This document shows positions 1 to 10,400 of a stretch of DNA of 64,000 nucleotides, one piece after another. Made by a program: the position numbers and the translations under genes. The DNA is taken from positions 9,575-73,574 of the forward strand of contig JAGVJP010000012.1 in the NCBI GenBank assembly GCA_020051075.1. Reading direction: 5' to 3'. Below the pieces are notes generated by a model. The model worked only from the letters and a program-made list of their open reading frames with translations, searched no databases and was not told the origin of the DNA. This DNA comes from Parachlamydiales bacterium. Lineage in GTDB: Bacteria > Chlamydiota > Chlamydiia > Chlamydiales > Parachlamydiaceae. Each line of letters begins with the position of its first letter. Positions within the stretch are counted from its first letter, which is position 1.

Positions 1-98
1 CGGCTTTTCAGCTCATTTTTTACGGTTTGAATTGTTTCGATCCAATCTTTCTTTTCCGTATAGTCAAGGAAACCTTTAACGATTTCATCTCCGTCTGT

Positions 99-350
99 CT
101 AGTTCATGGATAAGAAAGAGGGATGTTCCTTCCACCGGTATCCTTCCGGAAAATTTTTCTCTAGCTCTCGAATCAATTTGATTATTGCTTTTCCAAGAAT
201 AATTTTATCGTTTGTATTTGCCTCAAAAATATGATGACATTGAGACTCACAATGTTCTAGAGATCTACATTCTTCTGCCGATTGATCAATCTCTGGATTG
301 AATTCTGCCACATATCTTGTTGGGATAACTGGTCCACTTGGGCTTGCCAT
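99..350 (-). CDS. hypothetical small protein (83 aa) with Cys/His cluster
   Basis: ATG ORF on the same strand as the giant STAND gene and 126 nt downstream of it. CRSLEHCESQCHH (C-x5-C-x3-C-H-H) could be a metal site. No family recognised. Confidence 0.35.
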   Translation of the reverse strand: MASPSGPVIPTRYVAEFNPEIDQSAEECRSLEHCESQCHHIFEANTNDKIILGKAIIKLIRELEKNFPEGYRWKEHPSFLSMN

Positions 351-476
351 TATCGCTCCTTATTGAAAGGCTGTTATAGTCAAAGGAATTCCCGGTTTGA
401 TTTTATGAGTTTACTTGTTCAACGGGAACGATTCTTCTTTGATATTTAATGTTGATGAGTTCTTATCATCAGTCCG

Positions 477-3400
477 TTAAGGGTCGTTTTTTTTGTTTTT
501 TATAATTTTTTCCCATAGATGATTCACGTAAGACGAATTTTCATTGTGTTTTAATCCCAATAATTCAATAAATAATTTTTGAAAATTTTCCAGGTATCCT
601 TCCTTTTCATTCCATTCACCAATCTTTGTTGTTAAAAATGTTCGATCTGGTGAGGGGGTTCTAATCAACTTATAGAGATGGTTTACCCACCCTTTTTTTT
701 GTTCTATTGATTGGGATGAGATTAAAACGGTTTTACCATTCATTTTTCTTAATTCTTCTTCTAAATTCCCGCTTAGAGGTGCTAATTGGATATCAATATC
801 AACATTAAGAAATCCTACCTGATTAAGCTGTTCTTTGAGTGTTCCTAGCACTGTTCTTTGCTGGCTGGCTATTTCATCGTTTTGTTCCTGAATTGTGACG
901 AAGTACACGATGTGAACTCGTTCCTTTTCGAGTCTTGCAGTTTTCTTTGCTAATACTTGAAGGAAATTGCAAAATGGATTTTCTGCTTTTTTCAAATCTT
1001 TTTGAAGTTCTTCTAATTGTGCAAGAACTTTTCTCTCTGGTTCATATGAAATGATTTCCGAAGTTTGACTTTCAATAAAGGTAGAAAGTGTTGATTTAAG
1101 TCTCTGATAAGTTTTTGGGATTGAGTTCAAGAATACCGCTAGTTTCTCGGTAGAGTCTTTGAAGGAAAAAGTAGTTGGATTTTCACAAATTTTCTCGATT
1201 CTTTCAATACTCTGAATGATGTTATCCGCATTTTTTAGATCTTCTGGATTATCCATTAATTGAGTAACGATATGACTATGGAATCCTCTTATTTGATCCA
1301 GTCTCTCTTTTAAGTTATTTCGATTTCTGACACTTTTGAAAATCAGGTCGATTTCTGATTGATAAACAGAGAGATCTATGTTAATGGATTGAATCAAGAA
1401 GTCGATCATTGAAGCATAGACCATTGTTTCAAATGGTTTAACGGTTTGCCTACTCTCAACAATTTGTCTAGATGAGATACTTGAGCTCAGTAAAGGGTGG
1501 AAATGACTATCCAAGGAAAAATGGCTAGGCGAGAACAAATTTAACAGCTGGTCTTCTTTAGGTTCAACAGCTAAAACTGGAAGGTGTTTGATATTAACTA
1601 GTTTGCAAACCGTTTTTATCGGGATTTCTCTGTCAGTCTCGGATATATCTAGCTTAGACCAGGTTAGAGGGCTAGGTAGTAATACATGATCATTGTATAT
1701 TTGGAAGAGTTGTTTTTGAATTTGAATCACTTTTTCTTGATCTGGCCCCCTATCGTAAATTTGAGATAATAGACTGAGTCCCTGAATGCAACTGACTACA
1801 CCATCACCTGTTGAGCCTTGTTTTTCTGCTACAGACAATCCTCTTTCAACCCATTGCGGAGTTTGTGAGGGCTGTTGAAGATTGCCTATTTGGTAGCAGA
1901 TTTCGGCGTAGTATTCATGAGGACCTTCGAGAAGACTCTCTATATAATCCAAGGATTGAAGAAAATGAGATAGTGCTGAATCCTTTTTTTTCTCGATATT
2001 CAGATGATATAACCCCAAGTAATAACTAACGGTTATAAGGTGGGATAAAGATTCTTTGTCAACTAAGTCCTTTTTTTCAAGGTGAGTCAGGTTTCGAGCT
2101 GAACTCACATCTTCAGTAGAACTAGAACTGCTTGAAAAGGCACCAGTTAGAGTGTTCTCTTGCCCAAGCAACAAATTTTCGAAACGTTTTTTCGAATCAG
2201 TCAGACAATTGTGAGCTTCTTCTTTTAATTCTGATTTTTCCTTAGCTTTTTTTGCGTGAGTTTCTAATTTTAGCGCAAGGAATCCGACTGACTTAAGACT
2301 TTCTGCTATGCTTGGATGATTCGCGCAGTAGCATTTTTTTCTTATTTTAAGAGCAATTTTTTGATTTTTAAGTGCTTCTTCATATTGGCCCACTTTTTCA
2401 TAAAGAATGCCAAAATGCTCGTAAATAATTGCCATATCGGGGTGTTTATCATACAAATCCTCTGACGCAAGTTTGAATGCAAGATTTAAATGAATGAAGG
2501 CGGACTGGTAACGTTTTAATTTCATTTCAACTGCTGCGATGTAAGTCAGGTTTTTAGCAAGGTCGAAATAATTTGCTTTCAAGTTGATGGGCCATTGGTC
2601 TAATAAGGCGATTCTCATCTGATAAGAATATTTTTGAGCTCCTAACGCTTTTGTATAACATCCCAGTTTTGCATTTGCTAGTCCAAGGCGCTCATAAAAA
2701 GTTGCTAATTTGAGATGATTGAGTTTGACATTATCCTCCAAGAAAGACACTTCAACATGTTCCTCTCCAAACGGAATCAACTTCTCTAATCCTAGAATTT
2801 GATACTGCAATTTAAGGGCCTCCATTTGATATTCAACGGCTATGTTATATTCGCCAAGTTGCATGCATGATAGGCCTAAGTCACTAAAGCAGACTGCCCG
2901 GAAACTTGTATCCTTTTGATTTGATCTTTTCAAAGCAGTGCCTTGGAAATCCCATGCTTTTTTGTATTCTCCCTTGCAAAAGTAGAGATTCCCAAAAGCG
3001 TGGAGGGTTCGAGCTTCTTCAAGCCCTTGCTTATATCGGGGGATGTTTGATAGAATTTGAAATGCTCTTGCTAGGGTTATTTTTGAGAGATTGCAGGCAG
3101 TCTGCGAGTAGCTCAGGTTATGTTGCAGCGTTCCTATGCGAAGGGAGTTGCGGACAACTGCTAAAGTATTTGGATGTTTTAGAAGGTTCAGTATTTGCGC
3201 CGCTCTTTGAAAGTAAGCAAAGGCTTTTCGGTAATTCCTACTATCATGGTAAAGGCTTCCTATGTTCTCGTAGCCTTGAGCCAAACCTATCTTTTCAATA
3301 TCTTGAAGATTATTCATATCTTTTCCTCGAGACATCGATAATCTAAGATCTAGACATTTTTGATAATTCTTGTAAGCTTTGTTGTATTCACCAACTGTTC

Positions 3401-6400
3401 TGTAGTTGTGACCAAGCCGTTGGCGATATTTTGCAATCCTTTGGTGATTTGAAGCTTGGTGCTTTTTGCTGAGCTTTAAAGCTTTGTTATATGATTCGAT
3501 AGCTTTTTGATACTGTTCCAAAACCTCTTGGCAACATCCAATGTTGTAATACTCGTCTATAGTGAATGAGTGGTTTTCTCTTAAGGTGACTTCCCATATC
3601 TTTTGTGCTGATAAATGAAAAGTGAGCGCTTGTTTTATTTTTCCCATTTCTTGCAACGAGAGAGCAACATTGTGAGCGCAATAGGCAATTCCTGCTAATT
3701 TGAGTTTTAGCTTAGATTGTTCTGATGTTGGAGAGTGAGTTGAGCTGGTTGCGCTACTTTGATCAAGCATCTCAGTATTATTTTCTAATCGTTCGAAGAT
3801 ATTTATTAAGCATTCTCCAATGATTTCGTTGGAACGATTAATTTCAGCTTCAGAAAGTTTTATTGATGGCTCGGAAATCTCGGAATCAGAATCTCTTCTG
3901 TTTGTGAATGCGTTGATTTCCTCTATAGAGCTTTCGGAAAGAAACTCGGCAGCCCTGATACAGAAGGCACTATATTTAGCATTCAATGCTTGGAATCTAT
4001 ATTTCTCAGTTTCTGAAGCGCTATTTAGAGGGTTATCGCTTAAGGCTTGATAAGTAAAGCCTAAGTTATTAAGGCTTCTTGCCACTTCTTCGCTGTCTGG
4101 CGTAAGATTTGATCTAATTTTTAACGCTCGCTCCTTACGGTCTTTTCCTTTCTCATGTTTTCCTAAACGATCATAACTAAGTCCAAGCAAGTCGAGGAAT
4201 AGTGCCTTTTCGTTTGAGTTATTTGGTAGAATTGTCACTAGATTCTTTGCGATTCCTTTAGCATTACTAAATCTTCCTTCGAAGAAATGGTGACGCCAAA
4301 CCAGTTTTGGTGCAAGAAGTTCTAGGGAAGTAGATCCTTTTTTATGCTCTCGAAAGCGTGTTTGAATTGTAAAATTAATCATTGCATTGATGTGAATCTT
4401 GTGTTTTTGGGGGAACTCGTCTCTACTATCTAATAAATTGTCCGGTTCGAACCCTTTGAATGAATTTTGAAGGTAATCATCTATTGTAGATAAGATTGCT
4501 GGTACCATCCTGTCTCTAAAAGAACTGAGTGTTTTACTAGATTCATGAATTAAACTTGCTAATACTGGGTTCATCAAGTATTTTTTCTCCGGTTTCCCCC
4601 CTTCTTCCTCTTCAATTGGTTGGCTTAGTCCTGTAAAGATAGGACGATTTTTCTCGATAAAGCCGTAATCTTGAAGCTCTGCGAGCATGTGAGCGAGCTT
4701 CTCTCGAGGATAAAATAGCTCAAGAAATTCTTCTGATATTGACGCAGGGCTTAAGATCGCTAGAAAAAGGGGTAAGTCACTTAAGAAATACTCTGCATTT
4801 TCTCCTTTGATTCGATCAATAGCAATTCGAATCATCCAAACTATCGCCTGCTCTTGAAGAAGAGCGTCTCGGCTCCTGGATTGGGGGTGTTCAAGGGGTG
4901 GATCGATTGAACTTGAAGATGAAAAACTTGAAGAAGATGAAGAACTAGAGGATGAGGGGCTAGATAATAATTCTACCGGAAGAGAGAGGCTGCTAGCCTC
5001 ACCTGTAGGCATGCCAGAGAGTCTTTTTTTTAAAAATGTTAAGGCATCAATGACTTGGTCCAAGACCCTTCCATCGGAACTAGGATCGATTGTTTGGTTA
5101 GGGGAAAGATTGCAGAATTTTAAAATAAAATTTCTCGCAAGACGTATTGCAAGGGGATTGTGCTCTATTTTGGTGATAATGTCCTTTTGCAATTTTACTA
5201 ATTCTCTTCTTGAAGAAGGAGGGATAGAGAGCAGGGAGTTTGTCAACTTTTCTAACGATAAAGAGTGGAATAAGTACTTTTCTTCTTTTTTGGAGTAACG
5301 CTCTAAGGTAATCAAATCTGGAGGATATAGATTGTTATTACAGATGGAAGGATCAATTGTAGTGATAATAAAGGGCAAAGAGGTTTCATTGATTTTTAAT
5401 GTCTTGGTGATAAATTCCCAGGTCTCTTTGCTATCCAATCGGTCAAAAATGAGCAAATCATTTCCTTCTCGACGAAGATAACTTCGAAATCGCAGAACTC
5501 CCTCATCTTCTAATTCGTCTTTGATTTGTTCATCTGGTAGTGGGAGATTTAGTTTATCTGAAATTGTTTTACATCCTTCTGCAACAGCCAATCGTGTTTG
5601 AGAAGGGATAAAAAAGCAACGTTGATACTCAGACTGATGTTGTCTGACAAACTCACGAATGAGGATTGACTTTCCTACTCCTCTAACGCCTGTGACGATG
5701 CACCTTCTATACTGAGTCATTTTTTCTGAGAGTTCTTTGATTGCTTCCGGCCTTGAGATAAACTCCGGGTCTAGGGACGAAGGATTAGAAGTTGGGATAT
5801 CTAATATCTGAGGAACTCTGCTAACTAAACGGCTTTCATTTAGAGAATGAACTCCTCTTCTCAGAGAAAATCGAAATGTTCCTTTGTTTGGGCAAGCAAA
5901 GGTGATTTGGTTAACAATTTTTAGAAAGCACCTACTGCTCTGCTCGATCCCCCTATTGTAATCGAATCTCTCTTTAAGAGCTGTGAGGTATGCCTCTCTA
6001 TCTTGGACGGTCATTGCTTCTAGGGGAGAGCTTGCGTAAAATTCCATTAGAGCTTTGTATGTTCTGAAGTCTTTTAAATGAATCGCCCATTCGGGTGAAT
6101 GAGCCGCCCATTCGTCGGTGTAGTCATTTTCATAATCTCCTTGTTTAATGCTGCAAATCATCTTTTCAATCTCTTGAGTAAGCGGAGGAAAGTATAAATG
6201 ACTCTCTTTAACGACAGCTTGAACTGCAAATCCTTGTTCTTGCAATTTTTTCTGAACATGAGATCGAATGTTAGAAAAAGAAAATCCTCTAATAAAGGAG
6301 GGGTGTTGTTTTGCTAACACAACACCATCTGTCTCTTCTTCATTATGGACGAAAACGACCATAGCGTTCTCATCACACCAATATTTTAGTTGATTTAAGA

Positions 6401-7265
6401 GAATGTCCATATTGGGTTGGTTAAGGTAGACATGAGAAAGAACAACAATTTGGGCTTTCTCTCTAATCGAGGGAGGGGGGGATTCCATGATGCTGTGAAT
6501 AACGAATTTAGAGCGAATATGACTGGTGGCTTGGCTGGCAAAAAGGGGTTGTTGTCTGCATTCAGCAATACAATCAGGCATGTTGTCAACACCGATGATT
6601 TGTAATTGTTCAGTTAAGTGCTTCGAATGCAATTCAATGGCTAATTCTGCAGATTGACGACCATTTCCACAACCTAAGTCAATTAATATTAGTGGATGAT
6701 TTCCAAACAGTTTTTCTTCAGAATATCGATGAAACAGTTCAATGCAGCTCGCAACAGTTTCTGCAATTTCTTTTTTTTCCGTTGTTTGTTGTTCAAAAAA
6801 CTTGAATATCTCCCCATATCCCTTAGCGGATCTTTGATCTTTGGAAATGGCTAATTGAGGAGATGGAGCTGGGCCGGGTCGATAGGCTTTATATCTGTCG
6901 AGAAGTAAACCACCTTCCACTGTTGCAGCGCGGATAGTTTCAGCAAGGGCAGGAAAAGGATTGAATTGGAATCTTCTGAATCGTTCGATTGTATGAGGAT
7001 TCTTAGAAATTCCATAGCCCATTTCATTTAAGCGAGATTCATCTTCGCGTGAGATCGCAACTCCTTCATTCAACTGTCTCTGAATGGCTAATTCAGATTC
7101 CCATCTTTCTTGTTGCTCTTGTCGGCTCTCAAGATTTAATACACGCAAGCGCTCTAATCGCATAATCAAATCTGACAACGTATGTTTTAAGATAGGCTCT
7201 CCTTCAATAAAGATTGAGGGGGTGATTCTTGAAGAACTGGATGAAATTGAGCTCATAGGATTCAC
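477..7265 (-). CDS. giant multidomain STAND protein: class I SAM-methyltransferase + NB-ARC-type P-loop NTPase + TPR array + uncharacterised C-terminal module
   Basis: Uninterrupted 2,262-codon ORF. MTase motif I ILIDLGCGNG (aa 192-201, nt 6663-6692), then IIGVD and QIVVLSHVY. Walker A TGVRGVGKS (aa 525-533, nt 5667-5693), Walker B LLIFDRLD (aa 604-611), NB-ARC-like EHNPLAIRLA (aa 701-710). TPR-like repeats over aa ~1020-1800 (nt ~1866-4208). Mixed-codon poly-Ser linkers. Confidence 0.8.
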   Translation of the reverse strand: MNPMSSISSSSSRITPSIFIEGEPILKHTLSDLIMRLERLRVLNLESRQEQQERWESELAIQRQLNEGVAISREDESRLNEMGYGISKNPHTIERFRRFQFNPFPALAETIRAATVEGGLLLDRYKAYRPGPAPSPQLAISKDQRSAKGYGEIFKFFEQQTTEKKEIAETVASCIELFHRYSEEKLFGNHPLILIDLGCGNGRQSAELAIELHSKHLTEQLQIIGVDNMPDCIAECRQQPLFASQATSHIRSKFVIHSIMESPPPSIREKAQIVVLSHVYLNQPNMDILLNQLKYWCDENAMVVFVHNEEETDGVVLAKQHPSFIRGFSFSNIRSHVQKKLQEQGFAVQAVVKESHLYFPPLTQEIEKMICSIKQGDYENDYTDEWAAHSPEWAIHLKDFRTYKALMEFYASSPLEAMTVQDREAYLTALKERFDYNRGIEQSSRCFLKIVNQITFACPNKGTFRFSLRRGVHSLNESRLVSRVPQILDIPTSNPSSLDPEFISRPEAIKELSEKMTQYRRCIVTGVRGVGKSILIREFVRQHQSEYQRCFFIPSQTRLAVAEGCKTISDKLNLPLPDEQIKDELEDEGVLRFRSYLRREGNDLLIFDRLDSKETWEFITKTLKINETSLPFIITTIDPSICNNNLYPPDLITLERYSKKEEKYLFHSLSLEKLTNSLLSIPPSSRRELVKLQKDIITKIEHNPLAIRLARNFILKFCNLSPNQTIDPSSDGRVLDQVIDALTFLKKRLSGMPTGEASSLSLPVELLSSPSSSSSSSSSSFSSSSSIDPPLEHPQSRSRDALLQEQAIVWMIRIAIDRIKGENAEYFLSDLPLFLAILSPASISEEFLELFYPREKLAHMLAELQDYGFIEKNRPIFTGLSQPIEEEEGGKPEKKYLMNPVLASLIHESSKTLSSFRDRMVPAILSTIDDYLQNSFKGFEPDNLLDSRDEFPQKHKIHINAMINFTIQTRFREHKKGSTSLELLAPKLVWRHHFFEGRFSNAKGIAKNLVTILPNNSNEKALFLDLLGLSYDRLGKHEKGKDRKERALKIRSNLTPDSEEVARSLNNLGFTYQALSDNPLNSASETEKYRFQALNAKYSAFCIRAAEFLSESSIEEINAFTNRRDSDSEISEPSIKLSEAEINRSNEIIGECLINIFERLENNTEMLDQSSATSSTHSPTSEQSKLKLKLAGIAYCAHNVALSLQEMGKIKQALTFHLSAQKIWEVTLRENHSFTIDEYYNIGCCQEVLEQYQKAIESYNKALKLSKKHQASNHQRIAKYRQRLGHNYRTVGEYNKAYKNYQKCLDLRLSMSRGKDMNNLQDIEKIGLAQGYENIGSLYHDSRNYRKAFAYFQRAAQILNLLKHPNTLAVVRNSLRIGTLQHNLSYSQTACNLSKITLARAFQILSNIPRYKQGLEEARTLHAFGNLYFCKGEYKKAWDFQGTALKRSNQKDTSFRAVCFSDLGLSCMQLGEYNIAVEYQMEALKLQYQILGLEKLIPFGEEHVEVSFLEDNVKLNHLKLATFYERLGLANAKLGCYTKALGAQKYSYQMRIALLDQWPINLKANYFDLAKNLTYIAAVEMKLKRYQSAFIHLNLAFKLASEDLYDKHPDMAIIYEHFGILYEKVGQYEEALKNQKIALKIRKKCYCANHPSIAESLKSVGFLALKLETHAKKAKEKSELKEEAHNCLTDSKKRFENLLLGQENTLTGAFSSSSSSTEDVSSARNLTHLEKKDLVDKESLSHLITVSYYLGLYHLNIEKKKDSALSHFLQSLDYIESLLEGPHEYYAEICYQIGNLQQPSQTPQWVERGLSVAEKQGSTGDGVVSCIQGLSLLSQIYDRGPDQEKVIQIQKQLFQIYNDHVLLPSPLTWSKLDISETDREIPIKTVCKLVNIKHLPVLAVEPKEDQLLNLFSPSHFSLDSHFHPLLSSSISSRQIVESRQTVKPFETMVYASMIDFLIQSINIDLSVYQSEIDLIFKSVRNRNNLKERLDQIRGFHSHIVTQLMDNPEDLKNADNIIQSIERIEKICENPTTFSFKDSTEKLAVFLNSIPKTYQRLKSTLSTFIESQTSEIISYEPERKVLAQLEELQKDLKKAENPFCNFLQVLAKKTARLEKERVHIVYFVTIQEQNDEIASQQRTVLGTLKEQLNQVGFLNVDIDIQLAPLSGNLEEELRKMNGKTVLISSQSIEQKKGWVNHLYKLIRTPSPDRTFLTTKIGEWNEKEGYLENFQKLFIELLGLKHNENSSYVNHLWEKIIKNKKNDP

Positions 7266-7350
7266 CTTGTTGTGTTATTTTAAAAAATTATGATAAAGAT
7301 AAACGTTGTCCACTAGTAAAAAGTTTATGATGGGATTTTTTTTGTAAAGC

Positions 7351-7379
7351 AAAAAGTATCCGTTCACAGGATACTTTTT
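7351..7379 (-). terminator. hairpin terminator downstream of smc (bidirectional type)
   Basis: Perfect 11-bp stem aaaaagtatcc / ggatacttttt with a 7-nt loop, 42 nt after the smc stop. A- and T-tracts are part of the stem. Confidence 0.5.
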
Positions 7380-7420
7380 CCCCCGTTAATTCGAGGGCCA
7401 TGTTGTTAAGATGAGGGTTT

Positions 7421-10400
7421 TTAAATTAGCGATGCCTCCGGGGTCCCTCGATGAGAGAATGAGAGGGAAAGGAGTTTTGAAACTCCCTTCTCTTCCATTG
7501 TCACACCAAACAAAACGTCTCCGATGGCCATTGTTCGCTTGTTATGTGTGATGATGATAAACTGGCAACGGTCTGTATAGTGTTTAACAACGTTGACAAA
7601 TCTTTCGATGTTTGTGTCGTCGAGCGGAGCATCGATCTCATCTAAGATGCAGAATGGAGCGGGTTTAACTTCAAAAATGGCAAAAAGGAGAGCGACAGCA
7701 GTCAGGCATTTTTCTCCACCCGAAAGAAGGCTGATCGACCGCATGTGTTTGCCTGGCGGTTTGGCTGAGATTTCAATACCGGCCGATAAAATATCATCCG
7801 TTTTTTCAGTCAACTGCAAGTCTGCTTCCCCTCCATTGAACAGGATCTGGAAATTCTTTTTGAAGTTTTGTCTGACAGCTTCAAAAGTCTCTGTGAAGAG
7901 CTTCCGACTTTCTCCGTCTAACTGCTGAATAATGTCCATTAGCTCTATCTTAGCACTCTGCAAATCTTCAATTTGTGATTTGAGAAATTGGGATCTTACC
8001 TGATGTTTTTCCAGTTCTTCGATGGCAGTCATATTGACATCGCCTGCATCCTGCAACAGTTGACGTAGTGTACGTATCTGTTTTTCAATATCCTCTAAGG
8101 GGCGGTCGATGGGCAATGGCAGGTCCAAGGCTGCTTGGATTGTTAAGTTAAAGCGTTCGGAAAGGCCATCGGCTACAATGCGGAGAGCTTCTTCTTGATT
8201 TGAGAGCTGCATGGACAGCTGAAAACCCTCGTTTTCGATTTTTTTGCATTCTTCATGGCAAACGGCATACTGTCTTTCAGATTGTTGTAGGAGATGGGAT
8301 AATACCCTGCCTTCTTTTTCGAACTCTCCTAAATCGGTAGATTGGGAGACAAGCTGTTCTTCCAAAGTTTTTAAACGAGATTGTCCTGCTGCTTCTTCCT
8401 TCTGCAAAGCCGTTTGATTGTCGTTAATGTCGGCTATCTCACTTAAAATCCTTTTGAGATGCTTATCATGATCTTTCTCTTTTTCTTCGAGTAAGTTCAG
8501 GCGATGCAAGAGCTGCTGACGATCATTGGCTAATTGCTGATAATGAGCACCTTTTTCTTTTTGTTCGTGCTGTTGAATCCTCAGAGCCCCTTCTTGCCTT
8601 TGAAGCTCTTGTTGGAAAACATCAAGCTCTTCCTGGAGACGAACGAAGCTCAGTCTTGCCTCTTCTTTTCGCTGATCCAAAAGAACCAGCGCCTCTTTTT
8701 GCTGAACAATTTCAGCTTGCAGTTTTCCTGATTCATTTTCGCATTTGGTTTGTTCAAATTGGTTTTTCTCTAAATCGGAGACCGTCCTCTGTAGTGAATA
8801 GTTGACTTCAACAAGCTTCATCTCATCTTTTCGGAGGATTTTGTCTAGTTCGGTTCTTTCTTTTTGACAGTTTGACCTTTTGCTGGTGATCTGTTGAATC
8901 TTTTCTTCGAGGACAAGCAAGCTTTTTTCTTTGATTAGAAGCTCTTCTTCCAATTGTTTGAGTTCGGCTTCCCTCATAAAAAGATGGTTTTCGTTTGGCT
9001 TCAGGATGAATAACACACCTCGATGGTCGATGTAAGCACCTTGAGAAGACCATCCTTCAGCGCAATTTTTTGCCGTCCATGCGTTAAACAACTCTTCTTG
9101 CGATTCAACCATTGCAACGTCATGGAAGAAATGCTTCAACAGAGGGGAGGCTGCAACAGACCCTTGAAGGGCATTAGAAAGGAGAGAATCTATAGAGATA
9201 AGATCTTTTGATAGCCACTCCAAACAAACTAGAGAGTAATCTTGCAGCTGTTTTTTTTCTGCAAAGTCTAGCACAAGATAGAGATCCGCTTCTTTCTCGA
9301 CAACGAGAGTGTGAGTATAAGCACGTAAGATCACTGCTAAAGCCTCTGGATTGCATTCTGAATCAGGAAAATATTCATAGAGCGGTTTTAATTTGGAATA
9401 GAGGATGCTTTGAGGGGTGTTGGCTTCTTCTAACAGCAGCTTGCTGCTTGGGGAAAATCCTTCAAATTCTTCACGCAGGCGAATCAAGACTTTCTGACGC
9501 GCCTTAGCTTCGATTGCTTTTCCCCGCTCTTTTTCTAAAGCTCTTTGTGTCTCTTCCCCATCGGTATTCAGCTGTTGGATTTCCTCTTCAATGTCTTTTA
9601 GATGGTTCTTATGTTGATCGACAATGTTGGAGATCTCTTGGAGATCCTGCTTTCTGTCTTTCAATTTTTCTGAAAGCAGGGATTGGTCTTGAATCAGTTG
9701 TTGATGGCGTTGAGAGACCTGTATGCTCCGCTCTTCCTGATTTTCGCATCTGATTTCTGCTTGTTTTAGATCACTTTGCAGCTGATTGAAAATCTGCATG
9801 CTCTTGAGATGGGCATGATGTTTTGCGGCCAAGTCGCTTCTGAGAACTTCTACCTCTTTTTCTTTGAATCTGACTTTATCCTGGTGGCTCATCCATTCAG
9901 ATTCTGCTTGGTTCCAGTCTCCTTCGAGGGCCTCCCGTTTTTTCTCTATTTCTGCTAGCATGGCTTGTCGAGCTTGCTTCGCAACAGAAAGGTCTTCAAT
10001 CTCTTGCTTCATTCGCTTCTCGCGCTGTTCGCTTTCTCGCAGACGCTGCTGTAAAGAGCGGCATTCCTGAGTTTGCATTTCAAACTGGCCGCGCATGGTG
10101 AGATGTTCAGCTGTTTTAGCCTTTAACACTTCATTGTGTTGCTGAACCAGCTGTTTTGCTTCGATCACTCGAGACTCGAAGGTTTCGTTAGCGGCAAAAG
10201 CTTCCTCAAGGCGGCCTTCTTGAGAGAGTTTTTTCTTCTGTAAGTCAGAACATTTTTTTTCTACTCCTTGCCAACGGAGCACAAACCCCGTTTTTTCAAA
10301 GATCTCCAGGCGGTTCTTATTTTCTTTATAGATTCGTGCTTTCTGAGCCTGCTCTTCAAGGGTACCGATCTGCTTTTCAACTTCTCGATGAATGTCTGCA

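Noticed and set aside
1-98. A stop-free frame on the minus strand running from the TAG of the 83-aa ORF to the window edge, in the same frame (..TDGDEIVKGFLDYTEKKDWIETIQTVKNELKS). It could indicate an in-frame-stop pseudogene or readthrough.
   Set aside because: It is only 32 complete codons, has no start codon, matches no recognisable family, and an open stretch of that length is easily obtained by chance. The region is also truncated by the window edge.
1811-7293. Several 60-150-aa ORFs inside or antisense to the giant STAND gene (1811-2029, 2906-3346, 3487-3681, 3820-4050, 5011-5298, 6395-6605, 7084-7293).
   Set aside because: All are fully embedded in a 2,262-codon ORF with clear domain content. 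They have low-complexity or odd composition and no motifs, so they are shadow ORFs.
7593-10070. Ten short ORFs overlapping smc on both strands.
   Set aside because: They are embedded in a confidently identified smc gene. Coiled-coil-coding DNA commonly gives long antisense open frames.
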